Assembly (NCBI GenBank): GCA_951406725.2
Contig: OX597826.1
Location: 47,864,001 to 47,928,000, forward strand
Direction of reading: 5' to 3'
DNA: 64,000 nucleotides
Source of the DNA: Octopus vulgaris
Lineage: Eukaryota
Part shown: in pieces, positions 27,119 to 40,570 of the stretch
Layout of the letters: each line of letters begins with the position of its first letter
How positions within the stretch are numbered: the first letter of the stretch is position 1
The notes under the pieces: model-generated
What the model saw: only the letters and a program-made list of their open reading frames with translations
Databases searched by the model: none
What the model was told of the DNA's origin: nothing
Program-made: the position numbers and the translations under genes

Positions 27119-28361
27119 TGGCACTAAATCTGCCATGATCAGTCACAGATTGTTAATAAAAACAGCAACTGCATTTAGACAAACAGCTAGTTTATTCTTC
27201 CTCCATAAGGAGCCTAATGGAAGAATCTATCTTAAGCAAAAAGGGGTGGAAAAAAAGAAGTTATTTAGATTGTGATAGGTGCAGACGTGGCTGTGTGGTA
27301 AGAAGATTGCTTCCCAACCACATGGTTTCAGGTTCAGTCCCACTGCGTGACACATTGAGCAAGTGTCTTCTACTGTAGCTTTGGGTCAAGCAAAGTTTTG
27401 TGAGCGGATGAAGCTCATCACATATATATATACATATTTGTATACACACACACACATATATATGTATGTATGTATTTGTGTGTTTTTGTGTTTGTGTTTG
27501 TTCCCCCATCACTGCTTGACAAGTGGTGTTAGTGTGTTTAAAACATAATACTACTACAACTAATAATAATAATAGTAGTAGTAGTAGCAGCAGCAGCAGT
27601 AGCAGTAGTAGTAGTAGTAGTAGTAGTAGTTAGTTTCAATTTTTTGCCTACATCAACCCAGTGTTTCACTGGTACTTAATTTATTGACCTCATAAAAGAT
27701 GAAAGGCAAAGTCGACCTTGGCAGAAACACTATCAGTGTTCTTTTATAATTGATTGGCATTATTCTTTTGTAATAGACTGATGCTATTTATAAACAACAT
27801 TTGCAAAGCAATGTAAGAGACTCCATTTATTGCTCAGCCTGTTAGTAACAGCCAAATGTCCCTCAAATTACATTATGATAGCTTAAACAGTCATTCTTAT
27901 GCCACCCTTTTCTTTTTTTCTTCTCTCATCACCTATTCTTTCTTTTATTCTTTTATTTGTTTCAGTCATTTGACTGTCGCCATGCTGGAGCACCACCTTA
28001 AGGGCTTTTTAGTCTAAGAAATTAAGCCCAGGACTTATTCTTTGTAAGCCTGGTAATTATTATATATATACAACAAGCTTCTTTCAGTTTCCATCTACCA
28101 AACTTATTCACAAGGCTTTAGTTGACCTTAGGCTATAGAAGAAGACACTTGCCTAAGGTGCCACGCAGTGCATCTGAACATGGAAACATGTGGTTGGGAA
28201 GCAAACTTCTTGCCACACATCCAACCTTCACCTAGGCCCCATGTTAATAACTACACCTAGTCCTTTCTACCCAGAATCTTGGCCTTCTGGAAATCCCCTC
28301 TCTGTTCATATCTTATCTTAACTGCAAGAGATCACTCACAAAGACTCAACAGAAACATTAA

Positions 28362-28577
28362 CCCTTAAGCATTCAGGTTATTTTACCAAATATAATATCT
28401 ATTCACATTGTTTTGAATTAATCATGTATTATCTTGTAACTTTGAGATTTCGATGATGTGACTGTATATTTTTAGAATGACATAGTAGGGTAGGTGTGAA
28501 AGGCCAGATCTGGCCAGTTTGAACATGAAACAGGTTGAATATTTCGACCGGATATGGCAGGTTTAAATGCTAGAATG
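28362..28577. mobile_element. piggyBac-type MITE
   Basis: TTAA|CCCTTAAGCATT...AATGCTAGAATG|TTAA: TTAA target site and a degenerate TIR. Confidence 0.6.
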
Positions 28578-28768
28578 TTAATTGCTTCAATCTCATGCTT
28601 GATAAAGGCTTATCAAGGGCACTGAACATCCTCCTTGCCCAGAAACAGAAATGATATGTTAGATATGTAGTCAAACATAGCCTTAAAAGATAGGTTGGTC
28701 CTGGTTGGAATGCCTTTGTTCATAGCTTTGCTTGATTAGGGTTGCCTTGAGGTTAAACAACAACAACG

Positions 28769-28908
28769 AAAGCAACAACAAAGCCAAAAACATGAAATTT
28801 AACAATTTAAAGAATACAAATTATAAAAATGGCTCCTTCCGAAATCTATTTAATTGTAGAAGATGTTAGGAATCGGTAGATTCCAATCTCATTTAAGTAC
28901 ACAAAACT
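28769..28908 (+). repeat. 140-bp unique segment duplicated at 30707-30846
   Basis: Identical apart from 2 substitutions. Confidence 0.95.
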
Positions 28909-28947
28909 AGGAATAAAACTTTGTTAACACATCCTTATCTTGATGCA

Positions 28948-29013
28948 ATCAGTTGTCGGTGTCTGAGAATGACGATTGCATTTTAGCAGAATTCTCACAG
29001 ACCGACAAGGGAT
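28948..29013. ncRNA. pre-miRNA-like hairpin
   Basis: TTGTCGGTGTCTGAGAAT pairs with ATTCTCACAGACCGACAA (16/18 bp), 20-nt loop, lower ATC/GAT stem; no miRNA family recognised. Confidence 0.4.
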
Positions 29014-30846
29014 CTATGAGTGCAATAGCTTGTTAAATAAGAAAACATTTTGATAACAACAACACGATCAACAACAAAAAACAAAAAATGCTTATTATTA
29101 TCAATTGAATTGAGAAAACAATAACAACATCAACAACATCTATAAATGATGCATATAATGCATTTTTCTTAAAAAAAAAAAAAGGAAAAACAAGTGAAGG
29201 GAAGATAGCAAAAAAAATATATAAAATATATAATTAAAATAATCTGAGGGAAAAAAATAAGTGTTAAGGAGTGAAATTAAAAATATTATCTTAATTTCTG
29301 TACTGTAGCTTAGCAACAAATAAAAGATGATGGCAATAATATTTAATGCTTTAGCTTAGCTCTTCGACTTTTCTATCTATCTATGCAATTTCAGTTTTTT
29401 TTTTCTTTTTATTTTTTAAATTATTTTTTCCATGGTGGTGTGGAAATGGAAATGATGCTATTTTTCTTTTTAAACTGGAAGCATTTGAAAAACATTTATT
29501 TAGTTTTTTTGGATGCTTCTTTTAGCTGTTATTCATTTATTTTGATTAATTTACATTTTGTATGCTCATATATATATATATACATACATACATAAATACA
29601 TGTGTGTGTGTTTGTGCTTGTATGTGGTGTGGGGTGGGGTGGAGTGGGGTGAGGTGAGGCTTGGGGTTGGGGAGGGTTGGAGTTACTCAGAGATAAATTT
29701 AACTTAAACCTGTGAATAAATACATGTGCAACATAAATTGACAGAAGCATTAATGTCTATATATACACACACACACACACACAAGCACATGGTCTGTAAG
29801 TTTCACTTTCCTTTTACTAACAATATTCGGATAACAAAAACTTGATGAATAAGCTGACAGGGGATGATGATGATGATGTCGACGACGACGATGATGAACA
29901 TGATGATGATGATTATAATAATAATAATAACAACAATAATTATTTCTTGGCATAATGACACAGTTGAGTCACTTGTTTTAATCTATCTGTGCAGTAATAA
30001 AACAGGAGAGGTCTATAGAATGATACCGTCAGAATACTTCAGTTATGGTCTTGTTTAAACACACTAACAAAATGTGTTTTTATGTACAGAATAGTTTACA
30101 CTGTATAGGAAGTTATTTTATGCGACAGAATGGCCAGGAATACATCATTTCTGATATCAGTTACAAGTAGAAAGCAATGACAGGCAACGTGATTCTTTTT
30201 GTGCTTTGTAATGAACTAATGATGATTTAAATTCTTCATCTAAAGAGAAGTCAAACAAAGGCTAAAGCAACACCGATTCCTTCCTTTTCAACGACACCTT
30301 GCAATCCATCATAATATCCATTCACTTACTGATGGCATAACTTAACATTCCTCTCCATAATTCCCATTCCATTCTTGGTCCATTGATAAATTCCAAAGCT
30401 GCAAAGTTGTTTTTCACCAATCATCGTTGTTCCATTTCATGGTGGTCTTCTTAGATCCTTAGTATTCGTGCAACTCTTTCCAAAAAAAATAATGGTTTCA
30501 AGTTCTGGCACTGTGCCAGTAGTTTTTAAAGGGATGCAAGAAGTCAATTGCATCAACCCCAGACTGGGATGTATTTTATCAACCCCTGAAAGGATAAAAA
30601 AAAAAATGCAAAGTTGGCCTTGGTAGGATTCGAACTCAGAATGCAAAGCTGGAAGAAATGCTGCTTTTCAAAAAATAGATATTAAAAATGTATAAAAATA
30701 ATGACTAAAGCAACAACAAAGCCAAAAACATGAAATTTAACAATTTAAAGAATACAAATTATAGAAATGGCTCCTTCCAAAATCTATTTAATTGTAGAAG
30801 ATGTTAGGAATCGGTAGATTCCAATCTCATTTAAGTACACAAAACT

Positions 30847-31258
30847 GGTAAGTAGCTTGCTAACCAACCACATGGTTCCGGGTTCAGTCCCACTGCGTGG
30901 CATCTTGGGCAAGTGTCTTCTGCTATAGCCCCGGGCCGACCAATGCCTTGTGAGTGGATTTGGTAGACGGAAACTGAAAGAAGCCTGTCGTATATATGTA
31001 TATATATATATAAGTGTGTGTGAATATGTTTGTGTGTCTGTGTTTGTTCCCCTAGCATTGCTTGACAACCGATGCTGGTGTGTTTACGTACCTGTCACTT
31101 AGCGGTTCGGCAAATGAGACCGATAGAATAAGTACTGGGCTTACAAAGAATAAGTCCTGGGGTCGATTTGCTCGACTAAAGGCGGTGCTCCTGCATGGCC
31201 GCAGTCAAATGACTGAAACAAGTAAAAAGAGTAAAAAAAAAAAGAGTAAAAAGAGTAA
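30847..31258 (+). mobile_element. 5'-clipped SINE family A
   Basis: Starts at GGTAAGTAGC directly after the duplicated 140-bp segment. Confidence 0.9.
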
Positions 31259-32484
31259 ATATTTGACAAAATGGTGTAAAAATTTTATGACAATCATATG
31301 GAACTTTTGGCCTAAATGAACTTGTTACTCTATATAGATTTTTAATGCATGGTTTTAACATTTGGCTGTCCTACCTTAGGCCAACACCACAGACTGAAAA
31401 CACCCATAATTAATCATGTATAAAACATGAATCCTACCATTTTGTACTAAATTTTAACTGAATCATGTGGCCAAGATAAAAATTGGAAAGGAAAGAATTT
31501 GCACCAAAATTTGACACTGACTTATGATTGTGACTTATCTATAAATGCAGTGTAAATAATTACTTGTGTAAATAACTATTGTTACTTACACTAGTTAATA
31601 CCAATAGTTGTTTTCTGTTGACTTCACTGGTGCACATTAGGATCTTTAACTAAGAGCCAAATTCTAAGTTTCGAAGTTTGGAAATATAACATTTGTAATG
31701 CCCAAGAACTTGATTATTTTATACTAAAGAAATTCATTTGAAAATTATTTTACATCAGCTGCTATTAAAATTAGACAATTGGTTAAGTGAATTGGTTGAG
31801 CATTAATTAAAATGCTTGCTTTATTTAATTGTAGATCTAACTTTATGATCTAAGTTCAAATCTTGCTGCATACAAATTTACCTTTCATCCTTCTAGGGTT
31901 AGTAAAATAAAGTGTTAGCCAAGTAGAGGGTACTAGGATCAGTTCAGTATTTCTATGTAGCAATCTTAGATGGAATGCAGTTATAACAGGGAAGGGTGGC
32001 ATAACTTTGAAGTGTAGTTGTGCAACTGAGATATTTGCTTTTCCTAACCATGTAGTTTCAGGTTCAATCCCAATGCATGGCACCTTTGACAATTTGTCTT
32101 CGACTTGAGCCTTTCACAGAACAAAACCTTGTGAATAGATTTGATTGAGGGAACTGAAAGTATCCCATCATATATATTTTCTTTTATTCTTTTATTTGTT
32201 CCAGTCATTTGAGTGCGGCCATACTGGAGCACTACCTTTAGTTGAACAAATCGACCCTAGGACTTATTCTTTGTAAGCCTAGTACTTATTCTCTCTGACT
32301 CTTTTGCCAAGTGATGGTAGCGGGGACAAACACAGACACACAAACACATATATATATGTGTGTGTGTGTATGCATACATGTATGTATATAGATATGTATA
32401 TAAGCATATTTACATATAATATATACACATATATGAACAATGGACATTAAATGATGATGATGTATATGTATATATGTGTGTGTT

Positions 32485-32524
<40 letters not shown>

Positions 32525-32698
32525 ATACACACACACACACATAGACACACAAATCTTCATATCTCTGTATTTGCATATCTATAAATGCATATTTAACAAA
32601 AATAATCATTTGAAATAATACTAAACACTTAATATTAAATTTTATATTTTATTTTTATTTCATTTTTTTATCTTCATTTTTTATTTCTTCGGCACTAG

Positions 32699-32922
32699 AT
32701 TTACAAGGAATTCCAGATATCACATCATGACTCAGCTAATTCTCTCTATCCGACTCCAACGTCTCTTAATCTCTTCGAGTTTATTCTTCAACGAAATTCT
32801 CCGAGTTTTTCCTCTGGAATGAATCCGTGAATCATATGATGCCATATTTGCTCATCACTCAATAATGGCTGTAGAAGGATTTAGATAGTTTTATAGATTA
32901 GAGTTTGGTAAAATACCTCAAG
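32699..32922 (+). other. candidate non-coding or terminal exon
   Basis: Long polypyrimidine tract ending cactag|, complex sequence island between T-rich flanks, possible donors at 32908 or 32923. Confidence 0.25.
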
Positions 32923-33889
32923 GTACCTCCTCATCATTTTTATTACACTTTCAGCCTTCCTTACAAATTTTCAAAGCTTAACTTTTATTGTTCATTCTTG
33001 TTTCTTGTCATTTTTATTTTCTTTGTTTATTCTTAATATAAATTTTATCTCCAATTTTTTTTACAGTATTTGTTTATTTTTATTTCAGTATTTTTTTTAC
33101 ACTTTTATTTATTTGTTAATTTATATATTTTTATTTTCTGTTTTGTTTTGTTTTGTCATGATTTTTGTTCGGTGATGTTTGTTTTTTGAATTTTTGAATT
33201 AATCTGAAGGAAACTGAGAAAAGAGAGGGTATTTCCAGGGTTAGGATGTCTCATAAGAGAAGCAGAGAGAGGAAGGAAGAGAAAGAGTGGGGTCAGATAA
33301 GGAATAGGGAGATGTATAGTAGGAAAGCAAGTGGAAGGGGGGAAGAGAGGGGTGAGAGGGAGAAAGAGAGATAAAGAGGGGAACAGTGGGTAGGGGAGGA
33401 AGAAAGAGAAGAAAAGTGAGAAAAGAGTGAGGGAGAGAAAGAGAGGAAGAGAGAAAAAGAGAGAGAGGGGAGGAGGAATGAGAAATGGAAGAGCAATGAG
33501 AGAGAGAGAGAGAGAGAGAGAAAGGAGGAATGAGAGCGAAAGAGAGAGGAGAGATGGGTGGGAGGAAGAAAGAGAGAGAAAGAGGGATAGAGATGGAGAG
33601 GGAAGGAGGGAGAAAGAGAGATGAAGTAATAAGGAGGAAGAGGGAAAGAAAGAGCAAAAGGGATGAGAAAGAGGTGTGAAAAGAAGAAAGAGAGAGAAAA
33701 GAAGAGAGAAGGAAAGGTGGGAGAAAAGACAGATGTGGAGAGAGAGAGAGGGAGAGAGACCGTGATGCCTTCCTTTTATTTTGATTGATGCTCCTATTTC
33801 CTGCCAGTTGCTATTACTAAGAACTTGTAAAGTTTACAATTCCATATGAGTGCTAGCAAACCAGAAGGGGATAGTTAAGATCAGCCAGC

Positions 33890-33941
<52 letters not shown>

Positions 33942-34084
33942 GAATAAATTAATAAATAAATAAGAGAAATGAAATGAAGTAAAAGGAACAAATAAATAAA
34001 GATACGTATATCACTTCCTTTTGACAATTGGTGGAGATTGACCTAGAGAATATTGCTCATTGGAAGGAAATTCCTTCTCAATAT

Positions 34085-34115
<31 letters not shown>

Positions 34116-34136
34116 GATGATGATGATGATGATGAT

Positions 34137-34341
34137 ACTCTTTACTTGTTTCAGTCATTTGACTGTGGCCATGCTGGAGCACCATCTTTAGTCAAGCAAA
34201 TCGACCCTGGGACTTATCCTTTGTAAGCCTGGTACTTATTCTATCGGTCTCTTTTGCCGAACTGCTAAGTTACGAGGACGTAAACACTCCAGCATCGGTT
34301 GTCAAGCGATGTTGGGGGGACATACACAGACACACAAACAT

Positions 34342-34382
<41 letters not shown>

Positions 34383-34545
34383 ATGGGCTTCTTTCAGTTT
34401 CTGTCTACCAAATCCACTCACAAGGCCTTTGGTCGGCCCAAGGCTATAGTAGAAGACACTTGCCTAAGGTGCCACACAGTGGGACTGACACCTAGAGCCA
34501 TGTGGTTCGTAAGCAAGCTACTTACCACACAACCACTCCTACACC
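34137..34545 (-). mobile_element. SINE family A, full length
   Basis: Head to tail match. Confidence 0.9.
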
Positions 34546-34579
34546 TACTTGAAGATGACGGATAAAAATAATAATAATG

Positions 34580-34632
<53 letters not shown>

Positions 34633-34633
<1 letters not shown>

Positions 34634-34882
34634 TCCTATCATAGTAGGTGCATTAGGTATGATAAAAAAATATTCAGACAAATACATAACAAAAACACCA
34701 GGAATTACAAACACATATAACATACAGAAAATTGCACTACTAGGCACTGCACACATCCTACGCAGAACACTTTCCATACAATAACCATCAGAGCATCACA
34801 ACAAATCACAGCACATACCCAAGGCACACAGAGCTGCGCTCGGTAGTGAAGTGAAAGCACGCTATAAAAATAAAACTACTAA
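34633..34882 (+). mobile_element. 5'-truncated R4/Dong-like element in (TAA)n
   Basis: PIIVGALGMIKKYSDKYITKTPGITNTYNIQKIALLGTAHILRRTLSIQ*, 3'UTR, TAA repeats on both sides. Confidence 0.85.
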
Positions 34883-35319
34883 ATAATAATAATAATAAGA
34901 AGAAGAAGAAGAAGAATATGGGCCCTCACCTGCAAGGTCATGCACTGTTTATCTTGATATGAGATCACCATGTTGTGCACACATGGTTGTGATGCATGTG
35001 CCTGGTGGACCCTTATCAGACAGGTAGTCATGATGGGTATATTGGGCTTCATATATTTGCACCCCAGTATCATTTTGATGGCATGCACTGCTCTCTCACT
35101 CAATAATAATAATAATAATAATAATAATAATTTAGGCACAAGACAAACAGTTTTTGCGAAGAAGCGGATGTCATTTACATTGACTCCAGTTCTTGACTGA
35201 TAATTATATTAAGGACTCTGTAAGGACGTAAGGCAAAGTTGCCCGTAATGTTAAGATTAAACATTTTGTCCTGTGTGCTTATGATTCTATCAGTTCACTG
35301 CCACAGTAATAATAATTAT

Positions 35320-35765
35320 AAAGTTGTAACTGAGGCTGAAAATGAAAAATCTTGTAAAAGACCAAAATAATTAAGTCTGTTTTGTGATTAACACAAGTAT
35401 TCCTTGTAATCATAATACAGAGCCAAAAGAACTGGACAAGCTTAGAAAATACAAAGATTTGCTCATTGAAATTGAAAACAATGTGACATCTGAAGGCTGT
35501 TAAAATACCAGTGATTGCAGGAGCAAAAAAAGGAACTGAAAATTATTTGAGAATGATTTCTGGCTTACCATTTCTGCAAAATGTGCAAAAGATTGCTTTA
35601 ACTGATATATCACACATATTGAGATGAGCATTGTTGCTGCGAGAATGATAATCTCCCATGAACACTCTTGTGTGTTTATTTTAATGGCCTACAATGTATC
35701 TTTGCCCTAGGTGTCAGGAGACTTTCGGCAAGAAATGGGAACTAAATTGAAGGAATAACAAAATT
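35320..35765 (+). mobile_element. older R4/Dong-like fragment, second subfamily
   Basis: KLEKYKDLLIEIE-like..KAVKIPVIAGA..GLPFLQNVQKIALTDISHILR; flanked by TAA repeats. Confidence 0.75.
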
Positions 35766-35799
35766 CATAATAATAATAATCATAAAAACTACTACTAAT

Positions 35800-35840
<41 letters not shown>

Positions 35841-36315
35841 CGAGCAGTTACTGATACTTCAAACAACAATTCTTGTTATCAAGATATTGAAACAAAGCAT
35901 TGGATACATTCATTGTTGTCCAGTGTTTTTATCTTAGAGCCATGATACATTAACACAGACATTTAAATGATGAACCACAAAGATTAAAAATGACATAGAT
36001 TTTCTTTATCATTTCTTTTTTGTATAAAGGGTTGTTTCTTATTTTTTTCCGGACCAGGCTTTGGATTTGATGATCTGATAAGAGTTTATGAAATAAGACA
36101 ATGCTGAAGGATGCAGTCGCAATCTTACTGGGTCATCATTCTCGGCATCATCATCATCATCATCACCATCACTATCATCATCATCATCATGATCATCATC
36201 ATTAAGATAAACCATGAAGCATATAGTGTTGAAAATCTATGAATATATCTACATGGATGGATACGTATATACATACATACATACATACATAGATACATAC
36301 ATACATACATACATG

Positions 36316-36360
<45 letters not shown>

Positions 36361-36769
36361 TTCATCTTTCATAAGTAAAAGACAAAAAATACCTTTTAGT
36401 CGATTTTTTCAACTATAACCTTGATGGATTTTAGTTAAACAAATCAACCCCAGGACTTAGTTTTTTAAGCTAAGTATTTATTCTATTGGTCTCTTTTGCT
36501 GAACTGCTAAGCTACAGTGTCATAAATACACCAACACTGGTAGTCAAGCAGTATGGGGGAGAAAGATACACTCATAGATACATACATATATATAATTATA
36601 TATATATATATGTCCGTATATATACGTATATATATATATACGTACATATATATACTTACACATAAATATATACATATATATACATACAGACGTATACATA
36701 TATATATGTGTGTGTGTATACATGTATATATGTATATATAATCTACTAATATAATAATTTTAAATCCTA

Positions 36770-37166
36770 CTAATTCGTATAATAAAATAAAGTACATTAG
36801 AATTAATTAAAAATTATATAAACACATTTTAAAAATATATATACCTTACCTGTTATTCGTCTGTGGGGAAAGAAGATAATTCTGCGCTGGTGGGTTGTTT
36901 TACCAGGCTATACTTAATACATAAATCCACCAGTGCATCCTCAGGCTGTTTTCTTTATATTAATATTATTAACGGATCCTACTTAATCACACAAAATTCT
37001 AAGATATCTTCATTAGTATAAGAATAAAAATAAGAATATCTATATAAATAACTTCCTAATATATTTTTACAAAATTTAAAATATTTTAAAAATAAAAAAA
37101 TTATAAAATTACAAAATTTTAAATAATTCATAAAAATTTAATAAAATCAAACACCTAAAAATATAA

Positions 37167-37211
<45 letters not shown>

Positions 37212-39163
37212 TGCCAAACATAAAGAAACTCTCATCGACTATCATCAAATTAAACCGCCTATCTATATACACTTTACGGGAATTAACAGTTTATTGTGAA
37301 ATTTACCCCTATCAATACTATTATATGTTACCATTATTATGTCAAACGCAAGTTAATAATTTTTAAAAAGTAAAAAGCCTCTTAATATGTTATAAATTTA
37401 TTGAATAAAAATACTAAATGAAACTATTTACCACAATTAATAAAGGAAGAATACTTATCTGCATGTTTACTCCTTCTTTAACCTGTGCAAATGGCTGCAC
37501 CTTCTGTCCTGTGCTAAATATTATGGGAATAAAAAACACTACTCTAAAATAATTCTTTAAAACTAATATCATTTGAGAGTTAACGAAAAAGTATAAAATG
37601 AAATAAATAACGAAAATGTATAAAATTGTTAATGAAGGTCAATTAAATAAGAATAACAATATATCTAAAAATGTCATGACGAAATATGGTTTAGAAAATA
37701 GAACTGAACCATATGTCCCTATGCACCCTAGAATAACCATAAAAACAATTTTTATTCTAGCCATCAAGTAAGACTGATATGCCCAAGTAAATCCGATATA
37801 GGAAGATTAAGTAAACTTATATTAGATAAATATATAGATAAACTTAATACAGGAAATAACCTTAAATCATGGAGTTGTACCCGAGATACATTAGATTGGT
37901 TCAGCAATATTAAGGATAAAAATAGGTGTAAATTTATCCAAATAGATTTGAAAATTATTATTCAGCTATTAACGAGATTATTCTGAATAAGGCCCTTACA
38001 TATGCTATGAGAAAGGTTAATATGACATATGATGAAGTTAATGTAGTAATAGGAATATACCTATTATCTGAACTTGGGTTAAAACATCTTAACTTAGAAG
38101 GAGGTCTTTATAAAGATGACCTAATCCTAATAACGAAAAACTGCACTAATATATCATTAGAAAATTTAAAGAAAAAATATATAATTTTTTTTAAGAATTA
38201 TAATCTCGATATATGTATAGAGAAAGAGCATTCTGCCGTTAACTATCTGGATGCAAACCTAAACTTAGTAACCAATAGAACCCAACCATTCCATCAATTA
38301 AACGAGAATCTAAAGTACATTAATGCCCATAGCAACCGCCCTAGCTCAGTCAAACAAGCACTAATAGAAAATATAGATAAAAGAATTTCCATGTTATCCT
38401 TGGATATAGACACCTTTAACAAACATGCCCCTTACTATAATAGAGCATTAAAAGAAGCAGGATATAATACGAAAATTAAATTCTATAATAATTACGGACC
38501 AAATAATAATACTAGGAATCATCCTAACGCTCAAACTAACTACAGAGGTAATAGCAAAGATAATAATAAACAATATAAGGAAGGAAATAAAGATAAATAT
38601 AATATAAGTATAAATAAAAATAATATTAATAAAAGTGCTCATAGTAAGGATAATACCAAAAAGAATTCGAATGGAAATAAGCATAATTATTATATACCCA
38701 CGAAGAATACAAAGTCCAAGAACAATAATAATAAGATGAATTATAATAATAGTAATATTAATAATAAAAACATAAGGAAATAATATGGTTAATTATCCCT
38801 TATGGAGTCCAAATCAAAACTAACTTAATTAAAGAAAACCTGAAAATAATTAAAATATCTTTTAAAAAGAATAAAGAGTATTCGAAAATATTCTCAAAAA
38901 ACCATCAGAGTGGGATATTCGACAACAAGAAACATTAGTAATATTATATCCTCTATAAACAACGTTAAATTAAATAAATTCTTTAATAACAATTTCACTA
39001 ATATTAATAATAGCTACGGAAGAAATGTAACAAATAAAAAACATAACCTTATACTAAATAAATGTACATGTAAAGATAAATCAAAAGTTAGATTTAATAA
39101 TAATTGCAACCTAGATAATGTAATTTATAAATGTACTGTAAGCTCAAATAATAATAGTAATAA

Positions 39164-39166
<3 letters not shown>
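36770..39166 (+). mobile_element. decayed Penelope-like retroelement (RT, thumb, Cys motif; truncated before the GIY-YIG core)
   Basis: VRLICPSKSDIGRLSK, WFSNIKDKNRCKFIQID, GLYKDD, VNYLDANLNL, YINAHSNRP, YSTTRNI, CTCKDK..NNCNLDNVIYKCTV; frameshifts and internal deletion. Confidence 0.9.
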
Positions 39167-39204
<38 letters not shown>

Positions 39205-39371
39205 GGTGTTCTACCAGTTATGCTACTCTAGCATCAAATTTATATTCAACAATAAAGGTAAGGAAAAATTCTTTTATGCTAGCTCATCTTGTTCTTGCTT
39301 CTTTTTTTTTGTATTCAAATCCTCCTTGTCAACAATTTTTAATCACTTAGAATTCCAATGCAATAAATAAA

Positions 39372-39812
39372 TACCTATTTCTTTATTACCCACAAGGGGC
39401 TAAACACAGAGGGGACAAACAAGGGCAGACATAGGTATTAAGTCGATTACATCGACCCCAGTGCGTAACTGGTACTTAATTTATCGACCCCGAAAGGCAA
39501 AGTCGACCTCGGCGGAATTCGAACTCACAACGTAACGCAGACGAAATACCTATTTCTTTATTACCCACTATGGGCTAAACATAGAGGGGACAAACAAGGA
39601 CAGACATAGGTATTAAGTCGATTACATTGACCCCAGTGCGTAACTGGTACTTAATTTATCGACCCCGAAAGGATGAAAGGCAAAGTCGACCTCGGCGGAA
39701 TTTGAACTCACAACGTAACGACAGACGAAATACCGCGAAGCATTTCGCCCAGCGTGCGAACGTTTCCGCCAGCTCGCCAAGCATTTCGCCCGCCGTGCTA
39801 ACGTTTCTGCCA
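39372..39812 (-). mobile_element. SINE B tandem dimer
   Basis: Two units joined at the AAATAGGTATTTCGTC junction. Confidence 0.9.
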
Positions 39813-40149
39813 GTGATATACTGCCACCTCGGTGTCCACACTCTATTTAGTATGGTGGAGATTACTCTCTCAAGGCGCCAGTTGTTAAAACACCTGAAAG
39901 TCATGGACAGGTGAGACAACTCGTCCCAAATCCCATTTAAGACTGATGGATGTCAATATTTTGCCATTTTTGTGACTTATCAACATCATACATGCAAACT
40001 GAATTGGAATTGAATAAACTACTAATCAATGACTTATATGCAAATATTGGGAAAGCTATAGGCTAGTATGGCTTAGAAAATACATTGGCAATTAACAAGT
40101 ACCTTAACCCCTTGGGGGTCGATGGGGTGCTGCAGCCATGCAGCATATA

Positions 40150-40570
40150 GGCGTCGGAATGGCTGTGTGGTAAGTAGCTTGCTTACCAACCACATGATTC
40201 CGGGTTCAGTCCCACTGCGTGACACCTTCGGCAAATGTCTTCTACTATAGTCTCGAGCCAACCAAAGCTTTGTGAGTGGATTTGGTAGGCGGAAACTGAT
40301 AGAAGCCCGTCGTATATATGTATATATATATATGTATGTGTGTGTGTGTGTGTGTGTATGTTTGTGTGTCTGTGTCTGTGCCCCCAACATTGCTTGACAA
40401 CCGATGATGGTGTGTTTACGTCCCCGTAACTTAACGGTTCGGCTAAAAAGACCGATAGAATAAGTACTAGGCTTACAAAGAATAAGTCCTGTGGTCGATT
40501 TGCTCGACTAAAGGTGGTGCTCAAGCATAACCACAATCAAATGACTGAAACAAGTAAAAGAGTAAAAGAG
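40150..40570 (+). mobile_element. SINE family A, full length
   Basis: Head to tail match. Confidence 0.9.

Noticed and set aside
32685-33775. Partial matches to remembered miRNA sequences (CGGCACTAG at ~32690, GATGCCTTCCT at ~33764)
   Set aside because: Only 9-11 nt matches, without seed region or matching hairpin arm.
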